64,000 nt of DNA from the human T2T-CHM13v2.0 reference genome, Homo sapiens. Numbering within the stretch: position 1 is the first letter of the stretch; each line of letters starts with the position of its first letter. The DNA lies in the NCBI GenBank assembly GCA_009914755.4, contig CP086569.2, positions 5,984,001-6,048,000 of the forward strand, read 5' to 3'. Shown in pieces: positions 47,318-62,300 of this stretch. Position numbers and translations under genes: made by a program. The notes under the pieces are model-generated. The model had not been told where the DNA came from and did no database searches. It saw nothing but the letters and a program-made list of their open reading frames with translations.

Positions 47318-50300
47318 GCCACACACATACACAGACATTCAACATTCACATTACTTTCATAGAAACACACATCCTGGCAGCTTCTGAGGCTGCGTGGCTC
47401 TGCACGAAGCCCCATCTGGGAGATAGCAACTCCGGGCAACACAAATGGGCTGTACCTAGAAATCACAGTGGGGCAAATTTCAAAAAGACTCACCCTTACA
47501 ATGTCTAGGCAGGTCTGATGCATCCTGCAAATCTTTTTGAATCGTTAGGAATTCCACAGTTTATTCCTGGGGCTCTGCTTGATGTTTCTTTAGGCAGGCT
47601 AATGTCTGTCCTCTCCTAGAACTATGGGAATATCCTGTGGACCCCACACAGAAGAAGGCAAGAATCCATGGTCTGTGCACCTCCACGAAGGGCTACTTCT
47701 CTACCTTATGGCAGGGACTTGTCGCTAGGCAATGGTGGCATTCATTGTGATGCTAGCCAGAGCTCACAGCTCAGGCCTGGTGCCCTGAGACTAGTGCATT
47801 GCATTGGTGAGGCAGGCTCTGGTGTCCTGTTGTCAGAGCTGTCAGCCTTCCTAAACAGAGGAAAATATTATAGGCAGTAGTGGCCTGATGTCAAAAAAAA
47901 TGATGCCTCTGATAAACTCTGCAAAACTCTAAAAGTCTCAGCATTACCGCACCTTCAGGCAGTCTTTGTGGTCAGGTCCCACTGAACAAGGCAGTGTTTT
48001 GAGACTGTGAGGTGGTCCATGGAAACGATATTCAGACTCCATTCCTGAAAGAGGCTGTGTCAAAGAATCTTTGCCCATGGGGATTGGAATATAGTCTGAT
48101 CAGAGGTTGAGGGGTCTTTGGATGATGGAATCATACCTGAGATTCCAGAGGTGGGTGTTAGGAAAAGATGGTCATGCCTTCGACCTTGATGCTTCCCTTC
48201 ATTTTGGCCCTTGCAGTCCTGTCTCAGAAAGGTAGGAACCACAACACAGCAAGTCCAAGATGAAGCAGTGTTCTTACACCTCGGACTCTCTTCTCACAGG
48301 TGCAGAAGAGGTTCAGACAGTGTCTTCAAGGCCAACTGTGGTGATTACAAGCCTGAAAAGGCTGTCCAGTAGTGCTATTGAGAGGCACTGTGGATTCTCC
48401 ATGAGAATAAAGATAAATCAAGGCTCAACTGCTAGAATGAGCTGCCTTGTGTTGGAGTCAAAGCAACATTCAAAGATTCCTGTCAGCACACAAAAAGCCT
48501 TCTCCAATTTGCAAAAAACCCAGCCTCCAAAAACAGACCTGACCCACAACCTGGAGTGCTGCCAGCCTACTCAAAATCCCTTTTGCTCCTTGAAATCTTT
48601 GGCAGTGAAAAGATCTGCGGTGAGAGGCAGTCTCATCCAGCAACAACCCAATGAATGTCACACACAGTGAGAAAGGATGTGCAGATGCAATAAAATATAT
48701 TCTAGACTCCCACTCAAAAGCCAGTGGGGCTGCCTGTTTCTCATCCTATAGGAATTATGCAGCCCTCCAATGTAACTGGGTGAACAAGTTTCCTTGTTGA
48801 CTGAAGTAATGGGAATTTATGGTTTTAAAAGTATCACAGCTGCCCAGTCATTAAAACATGACAGTGTTTAGAAGGAATCACTCTTGCAATGGATTCCCAT
48901 GAGGGTTGTTTGCAATTAACTGAAAAATTTTAAGTATGGAAGACGTTGAGGCAGACCCAGGATACCCTAGGATGATGAGAAACATGGAAGTCAGAAAAAG
49001 AAAAGGGAAGTATGGAGTCCACCTGCCACCAAGCATCAACCCATCCCACTCCTATTTGGCTCTGGGTATGAAAGCCATAAAATCAGGGGTTTGCCAGCAT
49101 GGCCCCAGTTTGCATTCCAAATGTTCCCTTTGCATTTGAATACTCCCACCTGAATACTGGGCCATGTTGTGGACTAGTTGTACAGTTAAAGGAATGTGGG
49201 TATGCTGTTGGAAGCAAATTCTCTGTCAACTGTCTTCATGTGTTTTGCAGATGAAGGTGTGGGTCCTCATTCACCCCTCAGAAGATTGCATCCTCATCCC
49301 AATCTGATCTTATTTCTGCTCACACTCTGTCTGAGAATGAAATCCCAAGATGATGGAGGAATACCCGCTCAAGACCTGTAGCACCTGCTCAGCTGGGAAT
49401 GGAATTCAAGGTAAATTCAATTGGCACTGCAGATAGGACTGCTAGTGTCTATCCCCGGATTGGCCTCATTACAATGAAACACTGGGAGATGTCTGCTTTT
49501 AGGTGTGATGTGCTCCTCTTCTTTCGAGAAGAGTGGCTGTTTTTATAGAGGGAAGTTGATTTGGTTTCTGGCAGGTCTTAGCCAGCCTCTCAATTTACTA
49601 TGTATTCATAATCCACAAAAAAATAAAGAACACAGAGCCCCACAGCCCAAGCAGATGCACGGACAGGCTATCAAAAGGTTAAGAGAGCAAAAACAAACAA
49701 ACAAAAAGAAGCACTTATGTGCATTAGCCACATTCCTTTAAGCAACCTCCATTTACAAGTGCACTCACACACACACACACACACACACAATGCCAAACAC
49801 ACACACAGACATACAACACTCACAACACTCCCAAAGAAACACACAGCCCGGCAGCTTCTGAGGCTCTGAGGTTCTGTAGGAAGCACCATCTGTGAGAGAG
49901 CAACCCTGGAGAGCACAGTTGGGTTGCGTTCCAGACTCAACCCTACAACATCTAGGCAAGCATGAAAAATCCTGCAGGTCCTTTGGATTTTTAGGTATTT
50001 CGCGGTTTATTCCTTGGGCTCTGCTTGAGGTTTCTTAAGGTAGGCACACGTCTGCCCTCTCCTAGGATCATGGGATCATACTATGGACCCCACAGAGAAG
50101 ACAGGCAAGAGTCCACTGCTGACACAACCTCCAAGGAGTTCTCCTTCTCAGCCAAGCCTTGGAGGCTTGTCTCTAGGCAGTAGTGCATTCATTGTGATAC
50201 TAGCCAGAGCTCACAATCAGGCCTCATGCCCTAGGACTAGGGCGTACTCATTTGTGAGGAAGACTAAAGTGTCCAGCTGTCAGAGCTGTCAGCCTGCCTA

Positions 50301-53300
50301 GGCAGAGGAAAATGGTATAGGCAGAGCAAGCCCAGTACCAGAAAAAAAAGGCTACCTGTGAAACCTACTGTGGGACCTTAAAAGTCTCAACTTCCCAGGA
50401 CCCCTTTTGTGCCATCTGTGATTGCTTCCTGCTGGAGAAGGAGGCATTTTAAGACTGTGAGTTTGTTGCTGGAAACTTCTACTCTAATTATATTCCCAAA
50501 AGAGGCTGTGTGCAAGAATCAAGTCCCATGGGATTTGGAATATAGCCTGGTGTGTTTTTTAGGGTTCTTTGGGTGATAGGATCATACCTGAGACCCCAGA
50601 GGCTGGCGTCAGTGAAAGATGGTTGTTCTCTTTACCACACTGTCTCTCTTCATCCTGGGCCTCACAGAGGCTCTCAGGGAAAGGCAGTAACCATGACAAC
50701 GGCAAGACCAAGGTGGAGCTGTGTTCTCACACCTCTGATTGGCTTCTCACAGTTGCAGATGATGTTGAGTCAGTGTCTCAAAGGCCGTCTGTGGTGATAG
50801 CAATCCTGAAAAGGGTGTCCAGCAGTACCATCAAGAGCCACTGTAGATTCCTCATGAAAGCAAAGATAAATCAAGGCTCACTGAGAGAATGAGCTGCTTT
50901 GTCCTGGGGTCCAAACAATGTTCAGTGATTCCTGTCAGAGGACCCAAATCCCTTCTGCAAAGTGCAAACAACCTCAGGCCCCAAAACGAGACAATGACCC
51001 ACCACCTGGAGCTCAGCCAGCTTTCCTGAGGTCCCTTGGCTCTCTGGGCTCTCTGAAATCCTGTCAGCTACATAATCTGTGGTGAGAGGCAGTCCCATCT
51101 AGCAGCAGCCCAATGAAAGAGCCCTTCCAAAATGAGAAAACCATGTAGATGAAATAAAACTGAGGCTAGATTACCAGGAAAAGCCAGACATGGCTGTCTG
51201 CTTCTCATCCTACAGGAGGAGGATCCACGTCTATCTGATAGACATGGGATAACAAGAGTTTCCTTGTTGGAGGCTCTAATGGGAATTTATGGCTTTAAAA
51301 CTATCAAAGCTGCCTAGTCATTAAAACGTGACAGTGTTTAGAAGTAAATATCCATGCAACGGATTCTGATGAGGGTTATTCTTTGTGAAATGTGAAACGT
51401 TTCGTGTGAAAACTGTTGAACCAGACCCATTAAAACCTAGGCCAAGGAGAAAAATGGAAGTCCAGAAAAGAAGAGGCAAGTGTGGAGGCAACATCCCCAC
51501 AGCATCAATCCATTTTGCTCCCATTTGGCTTTGGGTATGAAAGCCCCCAAATCAGGATTTTGCCAGAATAACACCAATTTACACACCAAATGATCCTTGC
51601 ACATTGCAGTCTCCCAACCTGTACACCAGGCCACAGTGTGGACTGCTTGTGTAATTAAGGGAATGTGGGGATGGAGTGGAAAGCACCTTATGTGTCATCT
51701 GCCTTTATTTTTTTGCAGGTGAAGTTGTGGGTCTCCAACCACTCCTCACCAAATTGTAGCCTCACCCTTATATAACTTATTGCTGCTCACACTCTTATGT
51801 ACGAGGATGAAATCCCAAGACTATGAAGGAGCACCTTATCGTGACATGAAGCACCTGCTAGGCTGGGAGCTGAATTCGTGGTAAATTCAAGGGGCGATGT
51901 GGACAGGACTGTTAGTGTCTCTTCCTGGGCTGGCAACTGGACAATGAAACACTGGGAGATATCTGTTTTTTCATGTGGTATACTCCTTTTCTTTCTCGAA
52001 GAGTGGCTTATTTATTTATTTATTTATTTATTTGCTGGGGGAGTTGATTTGGACATTGTTGGGTCTCAGCCTGGCTCCCAATTCACTGCAGATTGATAAT
52101 CCACATAAGAATAAAAAACACTGAGCCCTGCAGCCCAAGCAGAACCACACAGAGAAACCACCAAAAGTTGGCTGACTCCAAAAAAAAAGAAGGGCTAAAA
52201 TGCGTTAGCCAAATCCCTTTAAGCAGACTTCACTTACAGGTTCATATGCATACACACACAAACACACAATGCCACACACATGCAGACATTCAATACTCAC
52301 AACACTCCCACAGAAACACACACCCCAGCTGCTCCTGAGGCTGTGTGGTTGTGCAGAAAGCCCCACTTTGGAGATTGCAACCCCAGGGAACAGAGGCAGG
52401 AGTAATTGAAAATCACAGTTGGGCAAGTTTCAAAAAGACTCACTTCTACAATGCCTACACAAGCCTGAGTAATCCTGCAGACCCTTTTGTATCCTTAGGA
52501 ATTTCTCAGTTTATTTCTGAGGCTGTGCTTGATGTTTCTTCAGGCTAGCTCACGTCTGACTTCTCCTGGGATCAATAGACTATCCTGCGGTCCCACAGAA
52601 AAGACAGGCAAGAGCCTACGGTTGACACACCTCTACAAAAGTCTCGTCCTTCACCAAGCTGAAAGGACTTGTTACTAGGCAATGGTGACACTAATTGTGA
52701 AGCTAGCCAGAGCTCATAATCAGGCCTTTTGCCCTGAGACTAGCACATGCACATTCATGAGGCAGGCTTGAGTGACTGGCAGTCAGAGCTGTCAGCTTGC
52801 CTTAAGAGGGGAAAATGGTATAGGCAGAGCCGGCATGCTATTGGGAAAAAGGCTGCCTGTGAAAACACACTGCAGGACCATAAATGTCTCTACTTAAGGG
52901 CTCCCAAAGCCATCTCCATGGATGAGTACCACTGGAGGAGGAGACATTTTGAGAATGTGTGGTGGTCACTGGAAACTGCTCTTCTGACTCCATTCCTGAA
53001 AGAGGCTGTGTGCCAGAATCGGGTCCCATAAGTATTGGAATACAGTCAGGTGTGTTTTTGAGGGTTCCTTGGGTGATAGAATCATACCTGATACCACAGA
53101 GGTTGTTGTCTGTGAACGATGCCTGGGCTTTTGATGTCATTGCCTCCCTTCACCCTGGGACTTGCAGGGGCTCTTTGGGAAGGGCAGGAACTAAGACTAA
53201 GGCAAGTCCAAGGTGGAGCAGTCTTCTCCCACCTCAGACTGAACACTAGCGTGTGGAGATGAGGTTGAAACATTGTCTCAGGGGCCATCTGTGGCAATGG

Positions 53301-56300
53301 CAAGCCTGATAAGTGTGTCCAACAGTGCTGTTGAGGGGTACTGTGTCTTCCCCATGAGAGCAAAGATAAATCAAGCCTCACCTGAGACAATGAGCTGCCT
53401 TGTGCTGGCATCAGGCAATCTTCGATGATTCCTGTCAGAGGACCCAAAAGCCTCCTGCAAAGTGCAAACAACATCAGCCCCCATAACAAGACAACAACCC
53501 ACAACCTGGAGCACAGTTGGCCTACCCAAAGTCCCTTTTGCTCTCTGAAATATTTGGCAACCCAATAATCTGTGATGAGAGGCAGTCTCATCCAACAACA
53601 GCCTAATAAAAGAGTCCCTCCACAATAAAAAGGCTGTGCAGATAAAATAAAACATAGGCAAGATGACCAGGCACAAGCCACAAACAGCTACCTGCTTCTC
53701 ATCCTACAGGAATCATGCAGTTCTCGGATAGAAGTGAGAGAACAAGAGTATTCTTGCTGGTGACTGTAACAGGAATTTGTGGTTTTGCCCAGTCATTAAA
53801 ACATGACACTGTTTAGAAGAAAATACTCACGTAGTGGATTCCAATGAGTGTCGTTCTCCATGAACTGGGAAATGCTTAGTGTGGAAGTCATTGAGCCAGA
53901 TGCAGGAAACCCTAGGCCCGAAGAGAAACATGTAATTCAGGAAAACAAGAGTTAAGTGTGGAGGCCACATCCCACCCAGCATCAATTCATTCCACTCCCA
54001 TTTGTTTCTGGGTATGAAAACACTCAAACTGGGAGTTTGCCAGGCTGGTCCCAATTTGCATTCCAAATGTTCCTTGCACATTGGAATACTCCCACATGAA
54101 CACCCAGGAATAGTGTGGACTGCTTGTGCAATTTAGGGAATGTGGGGATGGAGTTGGAAACACATTCTGTGTCAGCTGTTTTCACTTTTTTTTTGCAGGT
54201 GAAATTTTGGGACCTCATCTACCTTTCACCAGATTATATCCTCACCTCTATCTGTCCTTACTGTTGCTCACACTTTATGTCCCAGAATGAAATCCCAAGG
54301 CAATGAAAGAGAGCCCCCTCACAACATGAAGGACCTGCTCAGCTGGGAACAGAATGGGAGGTAAATTCAAGGGGTAATGCTAAAGGGACTGCTAGTATCT
54401 CTTCCGTAGTTGGTTGCAGGACAATGAAACACTGGAGATGTCTGAATTTTGGTGTGGTGTGCTCCTCTTTTTTCTAGAAGAGTGGCTTTTTTTGCAACGG
54501 TCGGTGATTTGGACTCCAGCAAATATCAGCTTGCCTCCCAATTCACTGCAGAATCATGATGCACAGAAACATAAAGAACATCGAGCCCTGCAACTCAAGA
54601 AGAGCCACACAGACAGGCCACCAAAAGGTTGGGACACTCAAAAAAAAGAAGCACTGAAGTGCATTAGCCACATTCCTTTAAGCAGACTTTATTACATACA
54701 TGTGCACACACACACACACCATGTCACAGACACACACAGACATCCAACAATAGCAACACTCCTACAGAAACACAGTCTGGCAGCACCTGTGGCTGCATGA
54801 TTCTGCAGGAAGCTGCACCTTGGAGAGAGCAAACCCATAGAACACAGGCAGGCTGTACCGAGAAATCACAGTGGGGCAAGTTTCAAAATGACTCACTACT
54901 ACAACCTGTAGGCAGGTCTGAGGAAACCTAAGATTCCTTTGGATTTTTAGGGATTTTCAGGTTTATTCATGGGTCTTTGCTTGACATTTCTTTAGGCTGG
55001 TTAACCTCTGCCCTCTACTAGGATCAGGGGACTATTCTGTGAATCCCACAGGGAAGAAAGATGACAGTCAACGGCTGCAGCACCTCCACAAAGTCTCCTT
55101 CTCTGCCAAGGCCCAGGGATGTGTCTCTAGGCAATGGTGACATTCATTGTAATGCAAGCCAGAGCTCACAATCAGGCCTAATGCCTGAGACTAGTGCCTG
55201 TGCATTCATGAGCCAGGACCAGGTGCCCAGCTGTCAAAGCTGTCAACCTGCCTAAACAGAGAAAAATCATATAGGCAGAGCCAGCATTGTATTGGGAAAA
55301 AGGCTGCATGCAACATCTCACTGTGGTACCCTAAAAGTCTGGACCTCAGAGCCCCTTCATGCCTTCTCTGATGTGGGATCCCACTAGAGAAGGAGGAGTT
55401 TCAAGACTGTGATGTGAGGTGGTTCCTGGAAACTGCTCTCCTGACTCCATTTCTGAAATAGGCTATGTGCAAGAATCAGGCCCCAGGGGCATTGCAATAT
55501 AGTCTGGTTTGTTGTTGAGGGTTCTTTAAGTGATAGAAACATACCTGAAACCCCAGAGGTGGGTGTCAGTGAATGATGGTTGGGCTCTTTATCTAACTGC
55601 CTCCCTTCATCCTGGGTCTTACAGGGGATCTCTGCACAGGGCCAGAACAAAGGCAAGCCCAAAACGAAGCAGTGTTCTCACATCTCAGACTGGCTTCTCA
55701 TGCATGCAGATATGGGTGAGAAAGTGTCTCAGATGCCTTCTGTGGTGAGGCCAAGCCTGAAAAACCTGTCCAGTAGTGCTATTGAGGGGCACTGTGGATT
55801 CCCCTCGAAAGCAAAGAAAAATCAAGGCTTGCCTTAAAGAATGAGGTGCCCTGTGCTGGAGTCTCTGCACTGTTCAGTGATTCCTGTCAGAGGACTCAAA
55901 AGCCTACTGCAAAGTGCAAACAACCTGAGCCCAACAGTGAGACAACAACCCACAACATGGAGCACAGTCAGCCTACCTGAAGTCCCTTTTGCTCTCTGAA
56001 ATCCCTGGAAGCTTAATAATTTGTGGCAAGAGGCCATATCATCCAGCAATAGCCCAATGAAAGAGCTCTTTTACAATGTGAAGGCTGTGCAGATAAAATG
56101 GAAGATAAGTTAGATTACCAGGCATAAGCCAGACACGGCTGCCTGATTCATATCCTATAGGAATCATGCAGCCCTCCTATAGAAGTGGGAGAACAAGAGT
56201 TTTCCTGTTGGTAGACATTAATGGGAATTTACAGTGTTAAAAGTATGAAACTGTCCAGTCATTAAAAGCTGACATTGTTTAGAAGGAAACACTAACTCAA

Positions 56301-59300
56301 TGGATTCCCATGAGGGTTGTTCTTTGTCAACTGGGAAATATCTAGTGTGGAAGTCATTAAGCCAGACCCAGGAAACCCTAGGCCAATGAGGAACACGGAA
56401 TTCAAAAAAGAAGAGGCAAGTGAGGAGGCCACAGCCCACCCAACATCAATCAATTCCACTCCCTTTTGGATACAGGAATGAAAGAACTCAAATAGGGAGT
56501 AGACCAGGATGGCCCCAATTTGCACTGCAAATTTTTTTTGCACATCAGAGTACTTCAACCTGAACGCTGAGCCACAGTGTGGACTGCTTGTTCAATTCAG
56601 GGAAGGCAGGTATGGAGTTGGAAGCACCTTCTGTGGCATCTGTCTTCATTTTATCTTCAGGTGGAGTTGCAGGACAAGTCCACCCCTCACAAGATTTTAT
56701 GCTAACCCTTATCTGACATTATTGCTGCTCACACTTTATGTTTCAGCATAAAATCCCAAGACGATGGAGAAGTGCACTCTCATGACATAAAACACCTGCT
56801 CAGCTGGGAACCGAACTGGTGTTCAATTCAAGGGCACCTCTGGACAGGACTGCAAGTATCCATAGTTTGGCCTCAGCACAATGAAAAATTGGGAGATGCC
56901 TGTTTTTTGGTGTGGTGTGCTCCTCTTCTTTCTGGAAGAGTGAATTTTTTTTTTTTGCAGGCAGAGATAGTATGGACACCACCACATCTTGCAAGCCTTC
57001 CAATTCACTGCAGATACATAATCCACAGAAAAAAAAAAAAGCATGGAGCCCCGCAGTCCAAGCAGAGCCACACAGACAAGTCACTGAAAAACTGGGAGAC
57101 TCATAAAAAAGAAGGGCTCAAGTGCATTAGCCTCATTTCTTTAAGCACACTCCACTTACAGGCACACACACACACAAACACACCATGTCACACACACACA
57201 AAGACATTTAACAGTTGCAACATTCCCACAGAAAGAAACAGCCCAGCAGCTCTTGAGGTTGCATGGTTTTTCAGAAAGCCACACCTGTGAGAGAGCAACC
57301 CTGGGGAACATAGGCAGGCTATACCTAGAAATCACAAAGGGGCAGCTTTCAAAAAGACACCCCACAATGTATAGGCAGGCCTGACAAATCCTGAAGATAG
57401 TTTTGTATCCTTAGGGATTCCATGGTTTATTTTTGGTGCTGGGCTTCGTGCTTCTTCAGACTGCCTCACTTCTGTTCTCTTCTAGCATCATGGGAGTATC
57501 ACATGAATTCCAGAGAAGATAGGCAAAAGTCCTTCCCTGATGCACCTCCATGGAAGACTCCCTCTCTGCCAAGACACAGGTACTTGTCACAAGGCAACTG
57601 TGACATTCATTGTGATGCTAGCCAAATCTCACAATGATTCCTGCTACTCTGAGACTAGCCCATGCACATTCATGTGGCAGGCTCAGGCACTGGGCTGTCA
57701 AAGCTGTCAGCCTGCCTAAGCAGAGAAAAACGCTACAGGCAGAGCCAGCCTGGTATCGGGAAAAAGGCTACCTGCCAAAACCCACTGCAGGACCTTGACT
57801 GTATCAACCTCAACACCCCTTTGGGCCATCTCCGTGGTCAGGTCCCATTGGAGGAGGAGGTGTTTCAAGACTGTGAGGTGGTCACTGCAAACTTCTCTTC
57901 TGATTCCATTCCTGAAAGAGGCTCTGTGCAAGAATTGAAACCCAAAGAGATTGGAATATAGTCTGATGTGTTGTTGACTGTTCTTTGAATGATAGAATCA
58001 TACCTGAGACCCCAGAGGTCAGTGTCATTGAAAGACAGATGAGATCTTGACCTCACTGTCTCCCTTAATCCTAGGCATCACAGGGCCTCTCTGGGAAAGG
58101 CAGGAACCACGACAAAGTCAACTCTAAGGTGAGGTTGACACCGGGTCTCAGGGGCTCTGTGTGGTGATGGTAAGCCTGAAAATGGTGTCCTGCATTGCTG
58201 CTGAGGGGCACTGTTTATTCCCCATGAAAGCAGAGAAAAATCAATGCCTGCCTGAGAGAAAGAGTAGCCTTGTGTTGGAGTCCAAGCAATGTTTAATGAT
58301 TCCTCTCAGAAGAACCAAAACCCTCCCGCAAAGTGCAAACAACCTAAGCCCCAGAAACGAGACAACGACTCATAACATGAAGTGCAGTTAGCCTACATGG
58401 CCATAGTCCCTTTTGCTCTCTGAAATCACTGGCAGCTACATAATGTGTAGCAAGAGGAAGTCTCATCCAGCAACAGTTCAATGAAAAAACCTCTCCAAAA
58501 TGAGAAGGCTGTACAGATGAAACGAAACAGAGTATAGATTACCAGGTAAAAGCGTGACATGGCAGTCTACTTCTCATCCTACAGGAATCCCTCTGATAGA
58601 TGTGAGAGAACAAGTGTTTTGTTTTTGTTTTGAGTACTCTCACTTGAACACTGAGCCATGGTGTGGACTGCTTGTTCGATTAAGGGAATGCAGGGATGGA
58701 TTTAGAAGCACCAACTGTGACATCTGTGTTATTTATTTTATTTTATTTTTTGCAGGTGAAATTGTGGGACCCCATCCATGCCTCACCAGAGTGTATCACC
58801 ACCCCATCTGACCCTATTCCTGCTCATACTCTATGTCCCAGGACGAAATCCCAAAATGATGGAGGAGTGCCTCCTCATGACATGAAGCACCTGCTCGGCT
58901 GGGATCCGAATTTGAGGTAAATTCGAGGGGCCATGTTTACAGGACTGCTTGTGTTGGGCCACCCTGTGTTGGCCACAAAACTGTGAAACACTGGAAGATG
59001 TCTGTTTTTTGGTGTGGTGTTCTCCACTTCTCTGAAGAACGGTGGCTTCTTTTTGCAGAGGGAGTTGATTTGGACACCAGCGATTCCAGGTCCATCTCTC
59101 AATTCACTGCAGATTCATGATCCACATAAAAATAAAGAACATGGAGACCTGAAGCCTAAGCAGAGCCACATAGGCAGGCCACCAAAAGATGGGGAGACAG
59201 AAGAAAAAAAAGCACTGAAGTGCATTAGCTGCATTCCTTTAAGGAGACTCCACTTAAAGGCACACACACACATGCACACAAAAGGACATAAACACACAAT

Positions 59301-62300
59301 GCCTCACACACACGCACATATCCAAAATTCACAATGCTGCCACAGAAACACATGGCCCAGCAGCTCCTGATCCTGTATGGTTCTGCAGGATGCCACACCA
59401 GGGAGAGAGCAACCCTAGGGACACAGGTGGGCTGTACCTAGAAACCATAGTAGGGCAAGTTTCAAAAAGTCTCACACCTACAATGTCTAGACAGGCCTAA
59501 GGAATCCTGCAGACCTTGGATGCTTAGGAATTTTGCAGTTTATTCCTGGGGCTCTGCTTGACATTTCTTCAAGCTGGCTCATGTCTGCTCTTTTCCATGA
59601 CAAGGGGACAATCCTGTGGATCCCATAGAGAAGACAGGTGAGAATCCATAGCTGATGCACCCTCACAGAGGTCTCTATCTCCACCAAGCTGCAGGAACTT
59701 GTCGCTAGGCAATGGTGAGATTCATTGTGAGGGTACCCAAAGCTCACAATCAGGATAGGTGCCCTGAGGCTAACACATGTGCATTCATGAGGTGGACTAG
59801 GGCCCTTGGCTGTCAGAGCTGTCAGCCTTCCCAAACAGAGGAAAATGGTACAGGCAGAGCTGGCCAAGTATCACAAAACAGGCTGTCTGTGAAAAACCAC
59901 TGCAGGACACTAAAAGTCTAGACCTCAGAGACTCTTCCAGCCTTCTCCACTTCTCCATGGTCAGGTCCTGCTGGAGAAGGAGGCATTTGGAGACTGTGAG
60001 GTGGTTGCTGGAAACTGCTCTTGTGACTCCAGTCCCAAAAGAGGCTGTGTGCAAGTATCAGGTTCCATGTTGATTGGAGTATATTCTGGTGTCTTGTAGA
60101 GGGTTCTTTGGGTCATAGAATCATACGTGAGTCACAGGGATGAAATTCAGGGGGACTTACAGACAGGACTGCTAGTGTCTCCCCCTGGTTTGGCCACAGG
60201 ACAATGAAACACTGAGAGATGTCTGTTTTTTTTTTGGTGTAGAGTCCTCCTGTTCTTTCTAGAAGAGTGGCTTTTTTTTTTTTGGCAGAAGGAGGTGATT
60301 TAAACAATGGCAGGTCTTGGGCCACCTCCCAATTTACAGAGGATTCATGATCCACAGAAAAACTAACAAACAAGGAGCCCTGCAGCCCAAGCACAGCCAC
60401 ACAGACAGGCCACCTAAAAGTTTGGTGACTCAAAGAAAGAAGCAATGAAGTGCATTAGCTACATTCATTTAAGCAGAATCCACTTACAGGGACACACATA
60501 CACATACACAAACACACAATGCCACACACACACACACACACTCAGACATCCAACACCTGCAACACTCTCACAGAAACACAGACCTGCAACTCCTGAGGCT
60601 GCCTGGTTCTGCAGGAAGCCCCACTGAAGAGAGAGCCACCCCTGGGAACACAGGTAGGCTGTACCTGGAAATCAGACCGGGGCAAGTTTCAAAAAGACTC
60701 ACATCTACAACCTTTAGGCAGGCCAGAGGAATCTTGCAGATTTTTTGTATCCTTAACAATTTCACAATTTATTCCTGGGGTTGTGCCTGACATTTCTTCA
60801 GGCAAGCTCATGTCTGACCTCTCTTGGGATCATGGAACTATCCCATCTATCCCAAAGAGAAGATAGATGTGAGTCCACAGCCTATGCAACTCAACGGAGG
60901 TCTTCTTATCCTTCAAGCTGCAGGGACTTGGCGCTAGGCAACAATGACATTCATTCTGGTACTACCCAGGGCCCACAATCAGGCCTGGTGCTGTGAGACT
61001 AGTGCATGTACATTCTTGAGGCAGGTTCTGGTGCCAGGCTGTCAGAGCTGTCAGCCTGCCTAATCAGTTGGAAATAGTACAGGCAGAGCCACCCTGTTAT
61101 CAAGAAAAAGGGGGCCCGCAAAAACCCACTGTGGGACACTAAATGTCTCAACCCCAAGACCACTTCAGGCCGTTTCCATGGTTGGATCTCTCTGACGGAG
61201 AAAACGTTTTGAGACTCTGAGGTGGTCACTGGAAACTGTTTTTCTGACTTCATTCCCAAAAGAAGCTGTGTGCAAGAATCAGATACCATGAGGATTGGAA
61301 TACAGTATGGTGTGTAGTTGAGGGTTCTTAGGGTGATAGAATCATACCTGAGACCATAGATGCAGATGTCAGTGAAGGATGGCCGGACTCTTGACCTCAC
61401 TGTCTCCCTTTATCCTTGGCCTCACAGAGGCTCTCTGGGAAAGGCAGGAACCAAGATGAAGGAAAGTCCAAGGTGAAACAGTGTTCTCACACCTCGTATT
61501 GTCCTGTAACAAGTGCAGATGATGTTTAGACGGTTCTCAGATGCCATCTGTAGAGATGGCAAGCCTGAAAATGGTGTCCATTAGTTCTGTTGAGGAGAAC
61601 TGTGGATTCCTTGTGAAAGAAAAGAAAAATCAACACTCACCCAAAAGAACAAGATGCCTTGTCCTGGAGTCCAAGAAATGTTCAATTATTCCTTTCAGAA
61701 GACCCAAAAGCCTTCTGCAAAGTGCAAACAACCTCAGCCCCCACATTGAGACAATGACCCACAACCTGGAGCACAGACAGCCTAATGGAAGTCCCTTTTG
61801 CTCTCTGGAATCCCTGGCAGCTACATAATCTGTGGTGAGAGGCAGTACCACCAAGCAACAGTTTAATGAAATTGCCCTTCAAAATTGAGAAGGCCATGCA
61901 GATGAAATGAAACAGAGTCTAGATTACCAGGTAAAAGTCTAACACAACTGCCTGCTTCTCATCCTACAGGATTCATGCAGCCCTTCGATAGAAAAGAGAT
62001 AACAAGTTTGCTTTTGGCTGATGTGACAGGGATATATGGATTTAAAAGTATCTTATTTTCCCAGTCATTAAAACATGACAGTGTTTAGAAGGAATTATGC
62101 AATGGATTTCCATGAGGGTCATTATCTGTGAACTGGGAAATGTTTAGTGTAGAAGTCGTTAAGCCAGAACTAGGAAACCCTAGGGCCATGAGAATCATGA
62201 AAGGCCTGAAAAGAAGAGGCAAGACTGGAAACACCATCCCACCCAGCATCAATCCATCCCACTCCCATTTGGCTCTGAGTATGAAAGGTCTCAAATCGGA

